A DNA stretch of 64,000 nucleotides from Eledone cirrhosa (taxonomy: Eukaryota): contig OZ024755.1 in the NCBI GenBank assembly GCA_964016885.1, positions 44,020,001-44,084,000 of the forward strand, in the 5' to 3' direction. The notes under the pieces were generated by a model that was not told the origin of the DNA, made no database searches, and was given only the letters and a program-made list of their open reading frames with translations. The position numbers and the translations under genes were made by a program. Each line of letters opens with the position of its first letter. Within the stretch, counting starts at the first letter, position 1. Shown here one piece after another: positions 1 through 14,401 of the stretch.

Positions 1-1559
1 GTTGACAATACCAACGTATATTGTGTACCACAGTTGACAGTACCAACGTATACTGTGTACCACAGTTGACCGTACCAACATATACTGTGTAACACAGTTG
101 ACAATACCAACATTATAATGTGTACCACAGTTGACAGTACCAACGTATACTGTGTACCACTGTTGACAATACCAACATATACTGTGTACCACAGTTCACA
201 GTACCAACGTATACTGTGTACCACATTTGACAGTACCAACATATACTGTGTACCACAGTTCACAGTACCAACATATACTGTGTACCACTGTTGACAGTAC
301 CAACATATACCGTGTACCACAGTTGTCAGTACCAACATATACTGTGTAGCACTGTTGACAGTACCAACATATACTGTATACCACAGTTGACAGGACCAAC
401 ATATACTGTGTACCACTGTTGACAGTACCAACATATACTGTGTACCACAGTTGACAGTACCAACATATACTGTATACCACAGTTGACAGTACCAACATAT
501 ACTGGGTACCACAGTTGACAGTACCAACATATACTGTGTACCATAGTTGACAGTACCAACGTATATTGTGTACCACAGTTGAGAGTACCAACATACACCG
601 TGTACGACAGTTGACAGTACCAACATATACTGTGTACCACAGTTGAGAGTACCAACATATACTGTGTACCACAGTTGACAGTACCAACATATACTGTGTA
701 CCACAGTTGACAGTACCAACATATACTGTGTACCACAGTTGACAGTACCAACATATACTGTATACCACAGTTAACAGTACCAACATATACTGTGTACCAC
801 AGTTGACAGTACCAACATATACTGCGTACCACAGTTGACAGGACTAACATATACTGTGTACTACAGTTGACAGTACCAACATATACTGTGTACCACAGTT
901 GACAGTACCAACATATACTGTGTACCACAGTTGACAATACTAACATATACTGTGTACCACAGTTGGCAGTACCAACATATACTGTGTACCTCAGTTGACA
1001 GTACCAACATATAGTGTGTACCACAGTTGACAATACCAACATAAACTGTGTACCACAGTTGACAGTACCAACATATACTGTGTACCACAGTTGACAGTAC
1101 CAACATATACTGTGTAACTCAGTTAACAGTACCCACATATTCTGTGTATCAGAGTTGACAGTACCAACATATACTGTGTACCACAGTTGACAGTACCAAC
1201 ATATACTGTGTACCTCAGTTAACAGTACCCACATATACTGTGTATCAGAGTTGACAGTACCAACATATACTGTGTATCACAGTTGACAGTACCAACATAT
1301 ACTGTGTACCAAAGTGTACACTAACAACATATACTGTGTACCACAGTTGACAGTACCAACATATACTGTGTACCACAGTTGACAGTACCATCATATACTG
1401 TGTACCACATTTGATAGTACCAACGTATACTGTGTATCAGAGTTGACAGTACCAACATATACACTGTACCACAGTTGACAGTACCAAAATATACTGTGTA
1501 CCACAGCTGACACTACCAACATATACTTGTAACTCTGTTGACGGTACTAACATATACTG

Positions 1560-4500
1560 TGTACCACAGTTGACGCTACCAACGTATACTGTGTACCACA
1601 GTTGAAAGTACCAACGTATCCTGTGTACCACAGTTGACAGTACCAACATATACTGTGTACCACAGTTGACAATACCAACATATACTGTGTACCACAGTTG
1701 ACAGTACCAACGTATACTGTGTACCATTGTTGACAATACCAACATATACTGTGTACCACAGTTGACAGTACCAACATATACAGTGTACCACAGTTGACAG
1801 TACCAACATATACTGTGTACCACAGTTGACAGTACCAACATATACTGTGTACCACAGTTGACAGTACCAACATATACTGGGTGCCACTTTTCACAGTACC
1901 AACATATACTGTGTACCACAGTTGACAATGCCATCATATAGTGTGTACCACAGTTGACAGTACCAACATATACAGTGTACCACAGTTGACAGTACCATCT
2001 TATACTGTGTACCACAGTTGACAGTACCAACGTATACTGTGTACCACAGTTGACAGTACTAACATATACTGTGTACCATAGTTGAAAGTACCAACGTATA
2101 CTGTGTACCACAGTTGACAGTACCAACATATACTGTGTACCACAGTTGACAGTACCAACGTATACTGTGTACCACAGTTGACAATACCAACATATACTAT
2201 GTACCGCAGTTGACAGTACCAACATATACTGTATACCACAGTTGACAGTACCAACATATACTGTGTACCAGAGTTGACAGTACCAACATATACTGTGTAC
2301 CACAGTTGACAGTACCAACATATACTGTATACCACAGTTAACAGTACCAACATATACTGTGTACCACTGTTGACAGTACCAACACATACCGTGTACCACA
2401 GTTGACAGTACCAACATATACTGTGTACCACAGCTGACACTACCAACATATAGTTGTACCTCAGTTGACAGTACTACCATATATTGTGTACCACCGTTGA
2501 CAATACCAACGTATACTGTGTACCACAGTTGACAGTACCAACGTATACTGTGTACCACAGTTGACAGTACCAACATATACTGTGTACCACAGCTGACAAT
2601 ACCAGCATATACTGTTTACCACAGTTGACAGTACCAACGTATACTGTGTACCACAGTTGCCAATGCCAAAATATACTGTGTACCACAGTTGACAGTACCA
2701 ACGTATACTGTGTACCACAGTTGACAGTACCAACGTATATTGTGTACCACAGTTGACAGTACAAACATACACTGTGTAGGACAGTTGACAGTACCAACAT
2801 ATACTGTGTACCACAGTTGAGAGTACCAACATAAACTGTGTACCACAGTTGACAGTACCAACATATACTGTGTACCACAGTTGATAGTACCAACATATAC
2901 TGTGTACCACAGTTGACAGTACCAACATATACTGTATACCACAGTTGACAGTACCAACATATACTGTGTACCACAGTTGACAGTACCAACATATACTGTG
3001 TACCACAGTTGACAGTACCAACATATACTGTGTACCACAGTTGACAGTACCAACATATAATGTGTACCACAGTTGACAGTACTAACATATACTGTCTACT
3101 ACAGTTGACAGTACCAACATATACTGTGTACCACAGTTGACAGTACCAACATGGACTGTGTACCACAGTTGACAGTGCCAACATATACTGTGTACCACAT
3201 TTGGCAGTACCAACATATACTGTGTACCTCAGTTGACAGTACCAACATATATTGTGTACCAAAGTTGACAGTACCAACGTATACTGTGTACCACAGTTGA
3301 CAGTACCAACGTATATTGTGTACCACAGTTGACAGTACCAACATATACAGTGTACCACAGTTGACAGTACCAACATATACTGTGTACCACAGTTGACAGT
3401 ACCAACATATACTGTGTACCACAGTTGACAGTACCAACATGTAACGTGAACCACAGTTGACAGTACCAACGTATACTGTGTACCACAGTTGAGAGTAACA
3501 ACGTATAGTGTGTACCACAGTTGACAGTACCAACATATACTGTGTACCACAGTTGACAGTACCAACATATACTGTGTACCGCAGTTCACAGGACCAACGT
3601 ATACTGTGTACCACATTTGACAGTACCAACATATACTGTGTACCACAGTTGACAGTACCAACATATACTGTGTACCACTGTTGACAGTACCAACATATAC
3701 CGTGTACCACAGTTGACAGTACCAACATATACTGTGTACCACTGTTGACAGTACCAACATATACTGTGTACCACAGCTGACAGTACCAACATATACTGTA
3801 TACCACAGTTGACAGTACCAATGTATACTGTGTACCACTGTTGACAGTACCAACATATACTGTGTACCACAGTTGACAGTAGCAACGTATACTGTGTACC
3901 ACAGTTGACAGTTCCAACATATAACGTGTACCACAGTTGGCAGTACCATCATATACTGTGTACCACAGTTGACAGTACCAACATATACTGGGTACCACAG
4001 TTGACAGTACCAACGTATATTGTGTACCACAGTTGACAGTAGCAACGTATACTGTGTACCACAGTTGACAGTTCCAACATATAACGTGTACCACAGTTGG
4101 CAGTACCATCATATACTGTGTACCACAGTTAACAGTACCAACATATACTGTGTACCATAATTGACAGTACCAACGTATATTGTGTACCACAGTTGACAGT
4201 ACCAACATACACCGTGTACGACAGTTGACAGTACCAACATATACTGTGTACCACAGTTGAGAGTACCAACATATACTGTGTACCACAGTTGACAGTACCA
4301 ACATATACTGTGTACCACAGTTGAGAGTACCAACATATACTGTGTACCTCAGTTGACAGTACCAACATATACTGTGTACCACAGTTGACAGTACCAACGT
4401 ATACTGTGTACCACAGTTGAAAGTATCTATATATACTGTGTACCACAGTTGACAGTACCAACATATACAGTGTACCACAGTTGACAATACCAACATATAC

Positions 4501-7500
4501 TGTGTACCACAGTTGACAGTACCAACGTATACTGTGTACCATTGTTGACAATACCAACATATACTGTGTACCACAGTTGACAGTACCAACATATACAGTG
4601 TACCACAGTTGACAGTACCAACATATACTGTGTACCACAGTTGACAGTACCAACATATACTGTGTACCACAGTTGACAGTACCAACATATACTGTGTACC
4701 ACAGTTGAGAGTACCAACATATACTGTGTACCACAGTTGACAGTACCAACATATACTGTGTACCACAGTTGAGAGTACCAACATATACTGTGTACCTCAG
4801 TTGACAGTACCAACATATACTGTGTACCACAGTTGACGGTACCAACGTATACTGTGTACCACAGTTGAAAGTACCAACGTATCCTGTGTACCACAGTTGA
4901 CAGTACCAACATATACTGTGTACCACAGTTGACAATACCAACATATACTGTGTACCACAGTTGACAGTACCAACGTATACTGTGTACCATTGTTGACAAT
5001 ACCAACATATACTGTGTACCACAGTTGACAGTACCAACATATACAGTGTACCACAGTTGACAGTACCAACATATACTGTGTACCACAGTTGGCAGTACCA
5101 ACATATACTGTGTACCACAGTTGACAGTACCAACATATACTGGGTGCCACTTTTCACAGTACCAACATATACTGTGTACCACAGTTGACAATGCCATCAT
5201 ATAGTGTGTACCACAGTTGACAGTACCAACATATACTGTGTACCACAGTTGACAGTACCATCTTATACTGTGTACCACAGTTGACAGTACCAACGTATAC
5301 TGTGTACCACAGTTGACAGTACTAACATATACTGTGTACCATAGTTGAAAGTACCAACGTATACTGTGTACCACAGTTGACAGTACCAACATATACTGTG
5401 TACCACAGTTGACTTTTCCTAACGTATACTGTGTACCACAGTTGACAATACCAACATATACTATGTACCGCAGTTGACAGTACCAACATATACTGTATAC
5501 CACAGTTGACAGTACCAACATATACTGTGTACCAGAGTTGACAGTACCAACATATACTGTGTACCACAGTTGACAGTACCAACATATACTGTATACCACA
5601 GTTAACAGTACCAACATATACTGTGTACCACTGTTGACAGTACCAACACATACCGTGTACCACAGTTGACAGTACCAACATATACTGTGTACCACAGCTG
5701 ACACTACCAACATATAGTTGTACCTCAGTTGACAGTACTACCATATATTGTGTACCACCGTTGACAATACCAACGTATACTGTGTACCACAGTTGACAGT
5801 ACCAACGTATACTGTGTACCACAGTTGACAGTACCAACATATACTGTGTACCACAGCTGACAATACCAGCATATACTGTTTACCACAGTTGACAGTACCA
5901 ACGTATACTGTGTACCACAGTTGCCAATGCCAAAATATACTGTGTACCACAGTTGACAGTACCAACGTATACTGTGTACCACAGTTGACAGTACCAACGT
6001 ATATTGTGTACCACAGTTGACAGTACAAACATACACTGTGTAGGACAGTTGACAGTACCAACATATACTGTGTACCACAGTTGAGAGTACCAACATAAAC
6101 TGTGTACCACAGTTGACAGTACCAACATATACTGTGTACCACAGTTGATAGTACCAACATATACTGTGTACCACAGTTGACAGTACCAACATATACTGTA
6201 TACCACAGTTGACAGTACCAACATATACTGTGTACCACAGTTGACAGTACCAACATATACTGTGTACCACAGTTGACAGTACCAACATATACTGTGTACC
6301 ACAGTTGACAGTACCAACATATAATGTGTACCACAGTTGACAGTACTAACATATACTGTCTACTACAGTTGACAGTACCAACATATACTGTGTACCACAG
6401 TTGACAGTACCAACATGGACTGTGTACCACAGTTGACAGTGCCAACATATACTGTGTACCACATTTGGCAGTACCAACATATACTGTGTACCTCAGTTGA
6501 CAGTACCAACATATATTGTGTACCAAAGTTGACAGTACCAACGTATACTGTGTACCACAGTTGACAGTACCAACGTATATTGTGTACCACAGTTGACAGT
6601 ACCAACATATACAGTGTACCACAGTTGACAGTACCAACATATACTGTGTACCACAGTTGACAGTACCAACATATACTGTGTACCACAGTTGACAGTACCA
6701 ACATGTAACGTGAACCACAGTTGACAGTACCAACGTATACTGTGTACCACAGTTGAGAGTAACAACGTATAGTGTGTACCACAGTTGACAGTACCAACAT
6801 ATACTGTGTACCACAGTTGACAGTACCAACATATACTGTGTACCGCAGTTCACAGGACCAACGTATACTGTGTACCACATTTGACAGTACCAACATATAC
6901 TGTGTACCACAGTTGACAGTACCAACATATACTGTGTACCACTGTTGACAGTACCAACATATACCGTGTACCACAGTTGACAGTACCAACATATACTGTG
7001 TACCACTGTTGACAGTACCAACATATACTGTGTACCACAGCTGACAGTACCAACATATACTGTATACCACAGTTGACAGTACCAACATATACTGTGTACC
7101 ACAGTTGACAGTACCAACATATACTGTGTACCACAGTTGACTGTACCAACATATACTGTGTACCACAGTTGACAGTACCAATGTATACTGTGTACCACTG
7201 TTGACAGTACCAACATATACTGTGTACCACAGTTGACAGTAGCAACGTATACTGTGTACCACAGTTGACAGTTCCAACATATAACGTGTACCACAGTTGG
7301 CAGTACCATCATATACTGTGTACCACAGTTGACAGTACCAACATATACTGGGTACCACAGTTGACAGTACCAACGTATATTGTGTACCACAGTTGACAGT
7401 AGCAACGTATACTGTGTACCACAGTTGACAGTTCCAACATATAACGTGTACCACAGTTGGCAGTACCATCATATACTGTGTACCACAGTTGACAGTACCA

Positions 7501-7840
7501 ACATATACTGTGTACCATAATTGACAGTACCAACGTATATTGTGTACCACAGTTGACAGTACCAACATACACCGTGTACGACAGTTGACAGTACCAACAT
7601 ATACTGTGTACCACAGTTGAGAGTACCAACATATACTGTGTACCACAGTTGACAGTACCAACATATACTGTGTACCACAGTTGAGAGTACCAACATATAC
7701 TGTGTACCTCAGTTGACAGTACCAACATATACTGTGTACCACAGTTGACAGTACCAACGTATACTGTGTACCACAGTTGAAAGTATCTATATATACTGTG
7801 TACCACAGTTGACAGTACCAACATATACAGTGTACCACAG
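1560..7840. repeat. Block duplication: ~1560-4480 recopied at ~4820-7840 (offset 3263, then 3264, then 3360)
   Basis: Rare markers are shared in order: aacgtatcctg (~1612/4875), gggtgccacttttcac (~1879/5142), catggactg (~3150/6414), aaagtatctat (~4420/7780). ORFs 2461..3024 and 5725..6288 are identical (offset 3264). ORFs 4109..4336 and 7469..7696 are offset 3360, after 3 extra monomers at ~7080-7175. Confidence 0.9.
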
Positions 7841-10639
7841 TTGACAGTACCATCATATACTGTGTACCACAGTTGACAGTACCAACATATACTGTGTACC
7901 ACAGTTGACAGTACCAACGTATACTGTGTACCACAGTTGACAGTACCAACGTATATTGTGTACCACAGTTGACAGTACCAACATATACTGTGTACGACAG
8001 TTGACAATACCAACATATACTGTGTACCACAGTTGACAGTACCAACGTATACTGTGTACCACTGTTGACAATACCAACATATAATGTGTACCACAGTTCA
8101 CAGTACCAACATATACAATGTACCACAATTGACAGTACCAACATATACTCTGTACCACAGTTGACAGTACCAACATATAATGTGTACCACAATTGACAGT
8201 ACCAACATGTACCGTGTACGACAGTTGACAGTACCAATGTATACTGTGTACCACTGTTGACAGTACCAACATATACTGTGTACCACAGTTGACAATACCA
8301 ACATATACTGTGTACCACAGTTGAAAGTACCAACGTATACTGTGTACCACAGTTGACAGTACCAACATATACTGTGTACCACAGTTGACAGTACAAACGT
8401 ATACTGTGTACCACAGTTGACAATACCAACATATACTGTGTACCACAGTTGACAGTACCAACATATACTGTATACCACAGTTGACAGTACCAACATATAC
8501 TGTGTACCACAGTTGACAGTACCAACATATACTGTATACCACATTTGACAGTACCAACAAATACTGTGTACCACATTTGACAATACCAACATATACTGTT
8601 TACCACAGTTGACAGTACCAACGTATACTGTGTACCACAGTTGACAGTACCAACATATACTGTGTACCACAGTTGACAGTACCAACATATACTGTGTACC
8701 ACAGTTCACAGTACCAACATATACTGTGTACCACAGTTGACAGTACCGACATATACTGTGTACCACAGTTGACAGTACCAATGTATACTGTGTACCACAG
8801 TTGACAGTACCAACGTATACTGTGTACCACAGTTGACAGTACCAACATATAACGTGTACCACAGTTGGCAGTACCATCATATAACGTGTACGACAGTTGA
8901 CAGTACCAAGATATAGTGTGTACCACAGTTGAGTGTACCAACATAAACTGTGTACCACAGTTGACCGTACCAACATATACTGTATACCACAGTTGACAGT
9001 ACCAACATATACTGTGTACCACAGTTGACAGTACCAACATATACTGTGTACCACAGTTGACAGTACCAACATATACTGTGTACCACAGTTGATAGTACTA
9101 ACATATACTGTGTACTACAGTTAACAGTACCAACATATACTGTGTACCACAGTTGACAGTACCAACATATACTGTGTACCACAGTTGACAGTACCAACAT
9201 GTACCGTGAACCACAGTTGATAGTACCAACGTATACTGTGTACCACAGTTGACAGTGCCAACATATACTGTGTACCACATTTGGCAGTACCAACATACAC
9301 TGTGTACCTCAGTTGACAGTACCAACATATATTGTGTACCAAAGTTGACAGTACCAACGTATACTGTGTACCACAGTTGACAATACCAACGTATATTGTG
9401 TACCACAGTTGACAGTACCAACATATACAGTGTACCACAGTTGACAGTACCAACATATACTGTGTACCACAGTTGACAGTACCAACATATACTGTGTACC
9501 ACAGTTGACAGTACCAACATGTACCGTGAACCACAGTTGACAGTACCAACATATACTGTGTACCACTGTTGACAGTACCAACATATACCGTGTACCACAG
9601 ATGACAGTACCAACATATACTGTGTACCACTGTTGACAGTACCAACATATACTGTGTACCACAGTTGACAGTACCAACATATACTGTATATCACAGTTGA
9701 CAGTACCAACATATACTGTGTACCACAGTTGACAGTACCAACATATACTGTGTACCACATTTGACTGTACCAACATATAGTGTATACCACAGTTGACAGT
9801 ACCAACATATACTGTGCACCACTGTTGACAGTACCAACATATACCGTGTACCACAGTTGACAGTACCAACATATACTGTGTACCACAGCTGACACTACCA
9901 AAATATACTTGTACCTCAGTTGACAGTACTAACGTATTGTGTACCACCGTTGACAGTACCAACGTATACTGTGTACCACATTTGACAGTACCAACGTATA
10001 TTGTGTACCACAGTTGACAGTACCAACATATACTGTGTACAACAGTTGACAGTACCAACATATACTGTGTACCACAGTTGACAGTACCAACATATACTGT
10101 GTACCACAGTTGACAGTAGCAACTTATACTGTGTACCACAGTTGACAGTACCAACATATAACGTGTACTACAGTTGGCAGTACCATCATATACTGTGTAC
10201 CACAGTTGACAGGACCAACATATACTGGGTACCACAGTTGACAGTACCAACATATACTGTGTACCATAGTTGACAGTACCAACGTATATTGTGTACCACA
10301 GTTGACAGTACAAACATACACCGTGTACGACAGTTGACAGTACCAACATATACTGTGTACCACATTTGAGAGTACCAACATATACTGTGTACCACAGTTG
10401 ACAGTACCAACATATACTGTGTACCACAGTTGACAGTACCAACATATACTGTGTACCACAGTTGACAGTACCAACATATACTGTATACCACAGTTGACAG
10501 TACCAACATATACTGTGTACCACAGTTGACAGTACCAACATATACTGTGTACCACAGTTGACAGTAGTAATATATACTGTGTACTACATTTGACAGTACT
10601 AACATATACTGTGTACCACAGTTGACAGTACCAACATAT

Positions 10640-13600
10640 ACTGTGTACCACAGTTGACAGTACCAACATATACTGTGTACCTCAGTTAACAGTACCCACA
10701 TATACTGTGTACCACAGTTGACAGTACCAACATATACTGTGTACCACAGTTGACAGTACCAACATATACTGTGTACCACAGTTGACAGTACCAACATATA
10801 CTGTGTACCACAGTTAACAGTACCAACATATACTGTGTACCATATTTGACAGTACCAACGTATACTGTGTACCACAGTTGACAGTACCAACGTATACTGT
10901 GTACCAGAGTTGACAGTACCAACATATACTGTGTACCACAGTTGACAGTACCAAAATATACTGTGTACCACAGCTGACACTACCAACATATACTTGTAAC
11001 TCTGTTGACAGTACTAACATATACTGTGTACCACAGTTGACAGTACCAACGTATACTGTGTACCACAGTTGAAAGTACCAACGTATACTGTGTACCACAG
11101 TTGACAGTACCAACATATACTGTGTACCACAGTTGACAGTACCAACGTATACTGTGTACCACTGTTGACAGTACCAACATATACTGTATACCACAGTTGA
11201 CAGTACCAACATATACAGTTTACCACAGTTGACAGTACCAACATATACTGTGTACCACAGTTGACAGTACCAACATATACTGTGTACCACAGCTGACACT
11301 ACCAACATATACTTGTACCTCAGTTGACAGTACTAACATATACTGTTTACCACAGTTGACAGTACCAACGTATACTGTGTTCCACAGTTGACAGTACCAA
11401 CATATACAATGTACCACATTTGACAGTACCAACATATACTGTGTACCACAGTTGACAGTACCAACATATACTGTGTACCACAGTTGACAGTACCAACATA
11501 TACAATGTACCACATTTGACAGTACCAACATATACTGTGTACCACAGTTGACAGTACCAACATATACTGTGTACCACAGTTGAGAGTACCAACGTATACT
11601 GTGTACCACAGTTGACAGTACCAGCGTATACTGTGTACCACAGTTGACAATACCAACATATACTGTGTACCACAGTTGACAGTACCAACGTATACTGTGT
11701 ACCACAGTTGACAATACCAACATATACTGTGTACCACAGTTGACAGTACCAACATATACTGTGTACCACAGTTGACAGTACCAACATATACTGTGTACCA
11801 CAGTTGACAGTACCAACATATACTGTGTACCACAGTTGATAGTACCAACATATACTGTGTACCACAGTTGACAGTACCAACATATACTGTGTACCACAGT
11901 TGACAGTACCAACATATACAGTTTACCACAGTTGACAGTACCAACATATACTGTGTACCACAGTTGACAGTACCAACATATACTGTGTACCACAGCTGAC
12001 ACTACCAACATAAACCGTGTACGACAGTTGACAGTACCAACATATACTGTGTACCACAGTTGACCGTAGCAACATATACTGTATACCACAGTTGACAGTA
12101 CTAACATATACTGTGTACCACAGTTGACAGTACCAACATATACTGTGTACCACAGTTGACAGTACCAACATATACTGTGTACCACAGTTGACAGTACTAA
12201 CATATACTGTGTACTACAGTTGACAGTACCAACATATACTGTGTACCACAGTTGACAGTACCAACATATACTGTGTACCACAGTTGACAGTACCAACATG
12301 TACCGTGAACCACAGTTGACAGTACCAACGTATACTGTGTACCACAGTTGACAGTGCCAACATATACTGTGTACCACATTTGGCAGTACCAACATATACT
12401 GTGTACCACAGTTGACAGTACCAACATATACTGGGTACCACAGTTGACAGTACCAACATATACTGTGTACCATAGTTGACAGTACCAACGTATATTGTGT
12501 ACCACAGTTGACAGTACAAACATACACCGTGTACGACAGTTGACAGTACCAACATATACTCTGTACAACAGTTGACAGTACCAACATATACTGTGTACCA
12601 CAGTTGACAGTACCAACATATACTGTGTACCACAGTTGACAGTACCAATGTATACTGTGTACCACTGTTGATAGTACCAACATATACTGTGTACCACAGT
12701 TGACAGTAGCAACGTATACTGTGTACCACAGTTGACAGTTACAACATATAACGTGTACTACAGTTGGCAGTACCATCATATACTGTGTACCACAGTTGAC
12801 AGTACCAACATATACTGTGTACCACAGTTAACAGTACCCACATATACTGTGTACCACAGTTGACAGTACCAACATATACTGTGTACCACAGTTGACAGTA
12901 CCAACATATACTGTGTACCTCAGTTAACAGTACCCACATATACTGTGTACCACAGTTGACAGTACCAACATATACTTGTACCACAGTTGACAGTACCAAC
13001 ATATACTGTGTACCACAGTTGACAGTACCAACATATACTGTGTACCACAGTTAACAGAACCAACATATACTGTGTACCATATTTGACAGTACCAACGTAT
13101 ACTGTGTACCACAGTTGACAGTACCAACGTATACTGTGTACCAGAGTTGACAGTACCAACATATACTGTGTACCACTGTTGACAGTACCAAAATATACTG
13201 TGTACCACAGCTGACATTACCAACATATATTTGTAACTCTGTTGACAGTACTAACATATACTGTGTACCACAGTTGACAGTACCAACGTATACTGTGTAC
13301 CACAGTTGAAAGTACCAACGTATACTGTGTACCACAGTTGACAGTACCAACATATACTGTGTACCACAGTTGACAGTACCAACGTATACTGTGTACCACT
13401 GTTGACAGTACCAGCATATACTGTATACCACAGTTGACAGTACCAACATATACAGTTTACCACAGTTGACAGTACCAACATATACTGTGTACCACAGTTG
13501 ACAGTACCAACATATACTGTGTACCACAGCTGACACTACCAACATATACTTGTACCTCAGTTGACAGTACTAACATATACTGTATACCACAGTTGACAGT

Positions 13601-13800
13601 ACCAACGTATATTGTGTTCCACAGTTGACAGTACCAACATATACAATGTACCACATTTGACAGTACCAACATATACTGTGTACCACAGTTGACAGTACCA
13701 ACATATACTGTGTACCACAGTTGACAGTACCAACATATACAATGTACCACATTTGACAGTACCAACATATACTGTGTACCACAGTTGACAGTACCAACAT
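10640..13800. repeat. Dispersed block duplication: ~10640-11570 recopied with divergence at ~12880-13800 (offset 2237-2238)
   Basis: Shared markers ctcagttaacagtacccac (10681/12919), ttgtaactctgttgac, atacagtttacc, gttccacag and the doubled atacaatgtaccacattt. ORFs 10814..11308 and 13051..13545 are offset 2237 with a few substitutions. Confidence 0.85.
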
Positions 13801-14401
13801 ATACTTGTACCACAGTTGACAGTACCAACATATACTGTGTACCACAGTTGACAGTACCAACGTATACTGTGTACCACAGTTGACAGTACAAACGTATACT
13901 GTGTACCACAGTTGACAATACCAACATATACTGTGTACCACAGTTGACAGTACCAACGTATACTGTGTACCACAGTTGACAATACCAACATATACTGTGT
14001 ACCACAGTTGACAGTACCAACATATACTGTATACCACAGTTGACAGTACCAACATATACTGTGTACCACAGTTGACAGAACCAACATATACTGTGTACCA
14101 CAGTTGACATTACCAACATATACTGTATACCATAGTTGACAGTACCAACATATACTGTGTACCACTGTTGACAGTACCAACATATACCGTGTACCACAGT
14201 TGACAGTACCACCATATACTGTGTATCACAGCTGACACTACCAACATATACTTGTACCTCAGTTGACAGTACTACCATATATTGTGTACCACCGTTGACA
14301 ATACCAACGTATACTGTGTACCACAGTTGACAGTACCAACGTATACTGTGTACCACAGTTGACAGTACCAACATATACTGTGTACCACAGTTGACAATAC
14401 C

